A stretch of 64,000 nucleotides of DNA from Escherichia coli (GTDB lineage: Bacteria > Pseudomonadota > Gammaproteobacteria > Enterobacterales > Enterobacteriaceae): the NCBI RefSeq assembly GCF_003991155.1, contig NZ_CP031293.1; one strand, given 5' to 3'. This document shows positions 56,083 through 64,000 of the stretch, in pieces. Position 1 is the first letter of the stretch. The number at the start of each line of letters is the position of its first letter. Position numbers and translations under genes: made by a program. Under the pieces are notes generated by a model, which was not told where the DNA came from, did not search any database, and saw only the letters and a program-made list of their open reading frames with translations.

Positions 56083-56146
56083 ACGGTTGTCAGCCGCCCG
56101 AATGGACGTAGAATGCCCGCAAGGGCGGCTGACAGAGTAAAACGTA

Positions 56147-57058
56147 ATGGATGGCTGTGGTGCGGTTTTGCATAATATTGAAACAAAATGGCTTTATGAT
56201 TTTCTGACCCTGGAAAAATGCCGCAACTTTTCCCAGGCGGCAGTCAGTCGCAACGTCTCGCAACCGGCATTCAGCCGCCGCATCCGTGCACTGGAACAGG
56301 CGATTGGCGTTGAATTGTTTAACCGCCAGGTGACGCCGCTGCAACTCTCGGAACAAGGGAAAATCTTTCATTCGCAGATCCGCCATCTGTTGCAACAGTT
56401 AGAAAGCAATCTGGCAGAGCTGCGTGGCGGCAGCGATTACGCGCAACGTAAAATCAAGATAGCCGCTGCACACTCTCTTTCCCTCGGTCTGTTACCGTCC
56501 ATTATCAGCCAGATGCCGCCGCTCTTTACCTGGGCGATTGAAGCCATTGATGTCGATGAAGCGGTCGATAAACTGCGTGAAGGGCAAAGTGACTGTATTT
56601 TTTCCTTTCACGACGAAGATTTGCTGGAAGCACCATTTGACCACATTCGCTTATTTGAATCTCAATTGTTCCCCGTCTGCGCCAGTGACGAACACGGAGA
56701 AGCACTTTTTAACCTCGCGCAGCCACACTTTCCGTTACTGAATTACAGCCGCAACTCCTACATGGGGCGATTGATTAATCGCACCCTGACGCGCCACAGT
56801 GAGTTAAGTTTCAGCACCTTTTTTGTCTCTTCGATGAGCGAGCTTTTAAAGCAGGTTGCCCTCGACGGCTGTGGAATTGCCTGGTTGCCGGAGTATGCCA
56901 TCCAACAAGAAATTCGCAGCGGGAAGCTCGTTGTGCTTAATCGGGACGAACTAGTGATCCCGATTCAGGCTTACGCATACAGGATGAACACCCGTATGAA
57001 TCCCGTTGCCGAACGCTTCTGGCGTGAACTGCGCGAGCTGGAGATTGTGCTTAGCTGA
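56147..57058 (+). CDS. hypT: LysR-type transcriptional regulator HypT (hypochlorite-responsive)
   Basis: 303 aa; N-terminal LysR HTH ([29 protein letters not shown]). Confidence 0.85.
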   Translation: MDGCGAVLHNIETKWLYDFLTLEKCRNFSQAAVSRNVSQPAFSRRIRALEQAIGVELFNRQVTPLQLSEQGKIFHSQIRHLLQQLESNLAELRGGSDYAQRKIKIAAAHSLSLGLLPSIISQMPPLFTWAIEAIDVDEAVDKLREGQSDCIFSFHDEDLLEAPFDHIRLFESQLFPVCASDEHGEALFNLAQPHFPLLNYSRNSYMGRLINRTLTRHSELSFSTFFVSSMSELLKQVALDGCGIAWLPEYAIQQEIRSGKLVVLNRDELVIPIQAYAYRMNTRMNPVAERFWRELRELEIVLS

Positions 57059-57443
57059 CATTCTCCAGCGTCGCACTACGCCAACCGCCATTATCCCAGA
57101 CCAGATCAAACGTTAGCGGTTCATCGTCGTGGTACAGCATTATCTCAAGGCAGATCGCCAGCGTGTGGCAGTACGCTTCTTTCAAATTGACCTGCAACGC
57201 CGCAATCCGTGGCTCATGAAATAACAGTGCAGAACGCAGCTGACGGCAATACCAGCCCTGAAGATGTTTGTCGCTCTGGTTATGCAGTTGCCACTCGGGC
57301 ATGCCTGAAACAAGTAATGACGGTAATGCCGAATGAGGAGAATTAAAAAGTGTGAGGAGATCGCTGCATACCGATTTACGCAGCGATGACGTTTTATTGC
57401 CTGAAATTTCAGGTAAAACAGCCTGAAGTGATTGGCGCATCAT
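57051..57443 (-). CDS. iraD: Anti-adaptor protein IraD (RssB inhibitor, DNA-damage induced)
   Basis: ORF 57051..57452; internal start MMRQSL gives about 130 aa; 3' end overlaps hypT. Confidence 0.8.
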   Translation of the reverse strand: MMRQSLQAVLPEISGNKTSSLRKSVCSDLLTLFNSPHSALPSLLVSGMPEWQLHNQSDKHLQGWYCRQLRSALLFHEPRIAALQVNLKEAYCHTLAICLEIMLYHDDEPLTFDLVWDNGGWRSATLENVS

Positions 57444-58115
57444 TTTGCGCACTCCTGACGTTTAGCAACATATGCGGCTTGCCCTGAACACCGGGCACCA
57501 CTGTATTGATGCTCATTTTCCATAGCCATTCCCTTTTGTTCATTACATCCATGTCAGTCTGAGACAGGCCTGAATCCTGTCAGCAAAGTATAAAACCTTA
57601 CTTGCCTATGAATATCTACTGACTTTTCAGGAAAAAAGTCATGATTTGATAAAAATCATCAAACTCAAAAAAAAACTGCTAGTATATTCTGAATATTCCG
57701 AATAGTTATGTAGATGAAAATACTTGTCACCGCCGCTACTTAATTCCGGTGGGAAATTATTTATTTCCGCATAATCAGCCATGTATTATTTGAAACAATT
57801 AGTTTGTAAATAATATAAATTGATAACATATCAAATACATCAAAAATACCATTCACAGGCATTATTAATATAGACATCAATATAGCAACATCAAATTCCA
57901 ATTAGTAATAAGATATGCTTTTTAATTGCATGAAAATAATTTCAAATGAGCGTTTTTTGATACTTTAGAGTGTTTCCTACCCTTTAATATCACCGTGTAG
58001 AGTTGATATCACTACAACAGAAACATGCATGTCATTTGTTTACTTCTCTTTTTACTACAGAAAAATTTATCTATTTTTCTAAACATCAGTGAAATACTCC
58101 TAAAAGGTAACTATT

Positions 58116-58946
58116 ATGTCTATGCCATTAAGCAATGCCCTTCAGAGCCAAATTATTACAGATAATCACTTCCTTCATCATCCAAAAGTCGACAGTGAGT
58201 TAACACGTCGATATGAATATGCACGCCTGGATACGGAAAATATCTATCTTCTGCCTCTTGCTCGTGGCAATAACCATAATTACGATGGAAAAAGCGTTGT
58301 CGAAATTAGAAAACTTGATATTAGTAAAGAGCCCTGGCCATTTAATTATGTGACAGAAACATGCAGAGAATCCGATGGTATTACAACAACAGGACGTATG
58401 CTCTATCGAAACTTGAAAATCACCACAGTTTTAGACGAAATATATGGTGGTATATGTAAAAAGGCGCATGCTGCCACAGAGTTAGCAGAAGGATTAAGGC
58501 TAAATTTATTTATGAAGAGCCCTTCCTATCCTGTTGAGGACTATACAGTTCATGAAATAACATTAGGCCCTGGTTGCAATGTTCCAGGTTACGCCGGAAC
58601 CACGATAGGATATATTTCAACCCTTCCAGCTTCTCAGGCAAAAAGATGGACCAATGAGCAGCCAAGGATTGATATCTATATTGATCAGATAATGACGGTA
58701 ACAGGGGTAGCAAATTCTTCCGGATTCGCCCTTGCCGCATTACTTAATGCTAATATTGAGTTGGGTAATGACCCAATAATTGGTATAGAAGCCTATCCCG
58801 GTACCGCGGAGATCCATGCAAAAATGGGATATAAAGTTATCCCGGGTGATGAAAATGCACCACTCAAACGTATGACTCTGCAACCGTCATCTCTTCCAGA
58901 ACTGTTTGAATTAAAAAATGGTGAATGGAATTATATTGGTAAATAA
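58116..58946 (+). CDS. yjiC: Uncharacterised protein YjiC
   Basis: 276-aa ORF with low-GC AT-rich codon usage, preceded by a long AT-rich intergenic region. Confidence 0.7.
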   Translation: MSMPLSNALQSQIITDNHFLHHPKVDSELTRRYEYARLDTENIYLLPLARGNNHNYDGKSVVEIRKLDISKEPWPFNYVTETCRESDGITTTGRMLYRNLKITTVLDEIYGGICKKAHAATELAEGLRLNLFMKSPSYPVEDYTVHEITLGPGCNVPGYAGTTIGYISTLPASQAKRWTNEQPRIDIYIDQIMTVTGVANSSGFALAALLNANIELGNDPIIGIEAYPGTAEIHAKMGYKVIPGDENAPLKRMTLQPSSLPELFELKNGEWNYIGK

Positions 58947-59048
58947 CTACCAGGAACAATGAGTACTAATATTCAGGTTATACAGATATTTAAACAATAC
59001 CCTGCAATTTACAAAGTAATACTCATTGCGACTTCTTAATTTAAGAAA

Positions 59049-59073
59049 GCGCAAGAAACGTTTACCCTTGCGC
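59049..59073 (-). terminator. Rho-independent terminator downstream of uxuR (shared with convergent yjiC)
   Basis: Stem GCGCAAG/CTTGCGC; on the reverse strand it is followed by TTTCTTAAATT. Confidence 0.6.
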
Positions 59074-59086
59074 TTATCATAATAAG

Positions 59087-59860
59087 TCAGGCGTCGACTT
59101 TATCCAGCGGCCATGAATCAAACAGATAGCCATCAAAATAAATATCGTCAACGTTCGAGAATTCCAGCAGACGTTGCTTAACGTTTTCCAGATGCTGCCA
59201 CATTGCCAGCTTCGCCGCTCGGGCATCTTTTTTGATTAACGCGGCGAGGATCTGTTTGTGATCGCCCAACCACTCTTTGCGATACAGGCTGTCATCCAGA
59301 TGGCTGTGCAACTGGATCCACATTGGATTGTTTTCCCGCCACTGCCAGGACTGACGGAACAGCTCCACCAGCATGCTGTTATGCGTTGCTTCGGCAATAG
59401 CGAGATGGAACTGCATGTCACCGCTTTCGCTGCTGCCCGGCGCACTGGAAGCCAGTTCACGCTCTTCCAGTTGCAATGCCTGACGCATTTTGACGATATC
59501 TTCGCGGGTAGCCTGCAAAGCGGCAAACTCGGCGATGTTGCTCTCCAATAACTGCCGCGCCTGTAACAGCTCAAAAGGACCGGCATCGTTGCAGACGTTG
59601 GCATCCGGACTGTCTGTGTTCTGGCTGCCTGAGTTATCAAGAACATAGATACCGGCACCCCGGCGTACTTCCACCAGCCCTTTGATCTCCAGCATGATCA
59701 GCGCTTCACGTACCACCGTCCGCGTGACATCAAGCATTTCTGCAATTTCACGCTCCGGCGGCAGCCGTTCGCCAGGATTGTACGGCGTCTTTATGATCAG
59801 ATCGCGGATCATCGCCCCGACTTCCTGGTAAGGTCTTTGCGCAGAGGTGGCAGATTTCAT
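59087..59860 (-). CDS. uxuR: GntR/FadR-family repressor of hexuronate utilisation
   Basis: 257 aa; GntR HTH (LPPEREIAEMLDVTRTVVREAL) plus FCD domain. Confidence 0.9.
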   Translation of the reverse strand: MKSATSAQRPYQEVGAMIRDLIIKTPYNPGERLPPEREIAEMLDVTRTVVREALIMLEIKGLVEVRRGAGIYVLDNSGSQNTDSPDANVCNDAGPFELLQARQLLESNIAEFAALQATREDIVKMRQALQLEERELASSAPGSSESGDMQFHLAIAEATHNSMLVELFRQSWQWRENNPMWIQLHSHLDDSLYRKEWLGDHKQILAALIKKDARAAKLAMWQHLENVKQRLLEFSNVDDIYFDGYLFDSWPLDKVDA

Positions 59861-59879
59861 GGTGTTGTGTCCGTTAGGT

Positions 59880-59945
59880 GCGGTTAATCAAATTTTTGCC
59901 GGATGCGGCGTGAACGCCTTATCCGGCCTACAACGGGCAATTTTA
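59880..59945. repeat. REP palindromic unit
   Basis: TGCCGGATGCGGCGTGAACGCCTTATCCGGCCTACAA between uxuB and uxuR. Confidence 0.7.
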
Positions 59946-60074
59946 CGGCCCCCGTTAATCTCAAACTATACCATTAGCACTGGAAGTTGGCACGTACAGG
60001 TGGGCAAAAAAACGAAAACTGGTCAACCAAATATCAGTTTGATTGACCAGTAAGTCTGTAGGGTAATCAGTTAG

Positions 60075-61535
60075 TTACAGCGCAGCCACACACTCGCGCG
60101 CACCGCGTTCGCACAGCTGCTGATATGCCGCCGTCACTGCGCCAACAAAGTCGGCATTCTGCGGCAGATCATCGGCAAAAATACCGCTCAGGCCCAGCAG
60201 CGCTTTCACGCGGTCTGCGCCCTGATACTGCGCGTTGATCTTCTGGAACTCCGCCAGCATCGGGTCGACCACGTCAATGGCATTACCCTGCTCATCCACG
60301 CCCTGGGTGTAACGCATCCAGCCAGCCACGCCCAGCGCCAGGTGACGCCAGCTGCCGCCGTTTTGCAGGTGCAGACGCACCGGGTCCAGCAGACGCTGCG
60401 GTAACTTCTGGCTGCCGTCCATCGCAATCTGCCAGGTACGGTGACGCAGAGACGGGTTGCTGAAACGCTCGATCAGCAGCGTCGCATAGGCGTTCAGGTC
60501 TGTACCTTCCGGCATCGACAGCGTTGGCGCTTGTTCCTGCATCATCAGGGCAAAGGCCGCTTTGCGATAATCCGGGTTAGTCATGGTGTCGGCAATGGTT
60601 TCATAGCCACCGAGGTAACCGAGGTACGCCAGGAAAGAGTGGCTGCCGTTCAGCATACGCAGCTTCATCATTTCGAACGGTACAACGTCTGCAACGAACT
60701 GTGCGCCCACTTTATCCCAGTCCGGACGACCATTAACGAAGTTATCTTCAATCACCCACTGACGGAACGGTTCGCAGGCAATGGCGCACGGGTCGTAAAC
60801 ACCCAGCTGGTCAGCAATTTCCTGTAAGGTTTCTGGCGTCGCCGCCGGAACGATGCGGTCAACCATGGTGCACGGGAAGGTGACGTTCTCTTCAATCCAT
60901 GCCGCCAGCTGTGGATCACGCGCCTGAGCCAGCCCCAGAACCGCGACCTTCGCCACATGACCGTTTTCACGTACGTTGTCGCAGGACATCACCGTAAACG
61001 CTTTCAGCCCTTTTTCACGACGCAGACGCAGGGCTTCTACGATGTAACCAATCGCGGACTTCGGCGCAGTCGGGTTTTCCAGATCGTGCTTAATCAGCGG
61101 ATTATTGAGATCCAGCTGACCGCTTGCCGCATCGGCGCAATAACCTTTCTCTGTGACCGTCAGGGAGACAATCGCCGTCTGCGGACGCGCCATCGCGTTG
61201 AGAATACCTTCACAACCGTCGATTTCCGGGTGCAGGGCTTCTTTCATCGAACCGATAATTTTCAGCTCGGTGCTTTCTGCGCCTTTTTCCGCCACGGTGT
61301 ACAGCAGTTGCTGTTTTTTCAGGTTTTCGATCAGCACGCGGTCGTTACCTGGCATCAGGTTAACTTCGCAGATACCCCAGTCGCTGTCGGTACTTTCCAG
61401 CAGATGATGGGTATACAGCGCCTGGTGCGCGCGGTGAAACGCTCCGCAACCGAGATGCACAATGCGTGATTCCAGACGAGAATGATCCCATGACGGGCGG
61501 GCAACCGGCAGATTGCTGTCAACAATAGTAGTCAT
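60075..61535 (-). CDS. uxuB: D-mannonate oxidoreductase (fructuronate reductase)
   Basis: 486 aa; N-terminal Rossmann motif IVHLGCGAFHRAHQA. Confidence 0.9.
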   Translation of the reverse strand: MTTIVDSNLPVARPSWDHSRLESRIVHLGCGAFHRAHQALYTHHLLESTDSDWGICEVNLMPGNDRVLIENLKKQQLLYTVAEKGAESTELKIIGSMKEALHPEIDGCEGILNAMARPQTAIVSLTVTEKGYCADAASGQLDLNNPLIKHDLENPTAPKSAIGYIVEALRLRREKGLKAFTVMSCDNVRENGHVAKVAVLGLAQARDPQLAAWIEENVTFPCTMVDRIVPAATPETLQEIADQLGVYDPCAIACEPFRQWVIEDNFVNGRPDWDKVGAQFVADVVPFEMMKLRMLNGSHSFLAYLGYLGGYETIADTMTNPDYRKAAFALMMQEQAPTLSMPEGTDLNAYATLLIERFSNPSLRHRTWQIAMDGSQKLPQRLLDPVRLHLQNGGSWRHLALGVAGWMRYTQGVDEQGNAIDVVDPMLAEFQKINAQYQGADRVKALLGLSGIFADDLPQNADFVGAVTAAYQQLCERGARECVAAL

Positions 61536-61615
61536 CGTAAACTCCAGAATCCGTCTTCAGAGAGTGACGGCAAGGAAGAAGGAACCGGCACGGCGCGCAG
61601 CCATGCCGGTGGATA

Positions 61616-62800
61616 TTAACGGCTAAAGAAAGCGCGCTGGATCGCCAGTTCGACACCGCGAACTTCGGCCAGGCCTTTCAGACGACCAATTGCGGAGTAA
61701 CCTGGGTTGGTTTTCTTCTTCAGGTCGTCCAGCATCTGATGACCGTGGTCCGGACGCATCGGGATCAGGTCTTCTTTGCCTTCCGCTTTACGACGGTGTT
61801 CTTCTTCAACAATCGCTTTCACCACTTCGTACATATCAACGTCACCGTTCAGGTGCGCCGCTTCGTGGAAGGTTTTCGGGTTATCTTCACGCATGGTGGA
61901 ACGCAGATGGGTGAAGTAAATACGCGGACCGAACTGCTTGATCATATCAACCAGATCGTTGTCAGCACGCACGCCGTAGGAACCGGTGCACATGGTGAAA
62001 CCGTTCGCCATGCTGTTTACGGTATCAACCATCCACTGCATATCTTCAATGGTGGAAACAATGCGCGGCAGGCCGAGGATTGGGCGCGGCGGATCGTCCG
62101 GGTGAACAGCCATACGGACGCCAACTTCTTCCGCAACTGGAATGATCGCCTTCAGGAAGACCGCAAAGTTTTCGCGCAGTTTGGCTTTGTCGATATCTTT
62201 GTACAGCTCCAGGTGCTTACGGAACTGGTCGAGGGTGTACCCTTCTTCCGCGCCCGGCAGACCGGCAATGATGTTACGGGTCAGACGCGCTTTGTCTTCG
62301 TCGCTCATAGTGGCGAAGCGTTCAGCTGCCTGAGCAATTTCTTCTTCGGTGTAATCCGCTTCCGCACCTGGGCGTTTCAGGATATGCATTTCGAATGCAG
62401 CGAATTCGATCTGGTCGAAGCGCAGAGCTTTGGAGCCGTCTGGCAGCACGTATTCGAGGTCAGTACGGGTCCAGTCGAGCACCGGCATGAAGTTGTAGCA
62501 CACGGTGCGAATGCCGCACTGCGCCAGGTTGCGCAGGGTCTGCTGATAGTTAGCAATCCACTGCTCATAGTTGCCAGTGTGGGTTTTGATATCTTCGTGA
62601 ATTGGTACGCTTTCAACGACAGACCACACCAGGCCTGCGTCTTCAACGATCGCCTTGCGTTTGAGGATCTCTTCTACGGACCATACTTCGCCGTTCGGGA
62701 TATGGTGCAGCGCGGTAACCACGCCAGTTGCGCCCGCCTGACGGACATCAGCTAAAGAAACCGGATCGTTTGGGCCGTACCAGCGCCAGGTCTGTTCCAT
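61616..62800 (-). CDS. uxuA: D-mannonate dehydratase
   Basis: ORF 61616..62836; product from [23 protein letters not shown], 394 aa. Confidence 0.92.
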
Positions 62801-63139
62801 GATTTTTCCTCTTTCACATAGTGGGTTCCACAGCAAAGAGACGTGGAGCCCCGGAGTTGTTTAGGTATCCGGATGAACAACCAGACCGCAGCCGTGGCGT
62901 TGCATCGGATGAGATGGCGTATAAGTTCTACCTTTTGGTAAGACATGTCAACCCGAATTCTAAAATTGGTTAACCACATCACAAGAATTTCACTCTCATG
63001 GTTGTTGCTGCAAATTGCATCAAAGGGTAATCGATGGTTATTGATCAGAGGATGTGACATTCATCGCAACAATGGTTGACCAATTTACATAACATGTCGC
63101 CCAAAATAACAACGGTTCAACCAGGTAAGGTAAAACGTT

Positions 63140-64000
63140 ATGCATGTGCTTAACATTCTCTGGGTGGTATTCGGCATTGGTCTGATGCTGGTACTGAATT
63201 TGAAGTTCAAAATCAATTCAATGGTGGCTTTGTTGGTGGCGGCGCTGTCCGTCGGGATGCTGGCGGGCATGGATTTGATGTCGCTGCTGCACACCATGAA
63301 AGCGGGCTTCGGCAACACGCTGGGGGAACTGGCTATCATCGTGGTGTTCGGTGCGGTCATCGGTAAATTGATGGTCGACTCCGGCGCGGCTCACCAGATA
63401 GCACATACGCTGCTGGCGCGTCTCGGTCTGCGCTATGTACAGCTGTCGGTGATTATCATCGGCCTGATTTTCGGTCTGGCGATGTTTTATGAAGTGGCCT
63501 TTATCATGTTAGCGCCGCTGGTTATTGTTATTGCCGCCGAAGCTAAAATTCCGTTCCTGAAACTGGCGATCCCGGCAGTAGCAGCTGCCACTACCGCACA
63601 TTCACTGTTCCCACCGCAGCCGGGTCCGGTGGCGCTGGTGAATGCTTATGGCGCGGATATGGGGATGGTTTATATCTATGGCGTACTGGTGACGATCCCA
63701 AGTGTAATCTGCGCAGGTCTGATCCTGCCGAAGTTCCTCGGCAATCTTGAGCGCCCAACGCCATCATTCCTGAAAGCAGATCAACCGGTAGATATGAATA
63801 ATCTGCCCTCTTTCGGCGTTTCGATTCTGGTGCCGCTGATCCCGGCGATCATTATGATCTCCACCACCATCGCCAATATCTGGCTGGTAAAAGATACCCC
63901 TGCCTGGGAAGTGGTTAACTTTATCGGTTCCTCGCCGATTGCAATGTTTATTGCGATGGTGGTTGCATTCGTACTCTTTGGCACCGCGCGTGGTCATGAC
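63140..64000 (+). CDS. gntP: GntP-family permease (fructuronate/gluconate transporter); 5' part only, continues past the right edge of the window
   Basis: Hand-translated open frame from the ATG at 63140 ([36 protein letters not shown]...) with no stop before the window end; divergent from uxuA. Confidence 0.8.

Noticed and set aside
61739-62755. 338-aa plus-strand ORF inside uxuA
   Set aside because: Antisense to uxuA; no independent support.

Overview
This window is an Escherichia coli-type chromosomal segment, collinear with the K-12 deo–gntP region (about 4.55–4.62 Mb) but given in reverse-complement orientation. Gene order is deoDBAC / yjjI-yjjW / yjjV-yjjU / ytjA / osmY / prfC / yjjG-rimI-holD / rsmC / three tandem tRNA-Leu(CAG) / yjjZ / fhuF / bglJ-yjjQ / yjjPB / dnaTC / yjjA / opgB / lgoDRT / tsr / [island] / btsT-yjiX-yjiA / [variable immigration-control locus] / symE / yjiS / yjiR / rpnD / mdtM / yjiN / yjiML / yjiK / yjiJ / kptA / yjiHG-iadA / hypT / iraD / yjiC / uxuRBA / gntP. 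Most of it is conserved core. Two segments look accessory relative to my memory of K-12. (1) About 6 kb between tsr and btsT encodes an RpiR/SIS regulator, an SSS symporter, a RidA-family protein, an N-acyl-D-amino-acid deacylase-like amidohydrolase and a DSD1-type PLP enzyme, which I read as a putative N-acyl-D-amino-acid or D-hydroxy-amino-acid catabolic island. (2) Between yjiA and symE, where K-12 carries mrr-hsdRMS, there is instead a brnT/brnA-type toxin-antitoxin pair, a divergently transcribed 388-aa Mrr-family nuclease with an extended N-terminus, and a decayed type I R-M remnant (hsdM 5' end followed by hsdR 3' end); mcrBC is also absent. This second locus is the best candidate for an undescribed defence arrangement. 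No CRISPR array, IS element, integrase or prophage was seen. All names and K-12 comparisons come from reading the translations and from memory; no database search was run.
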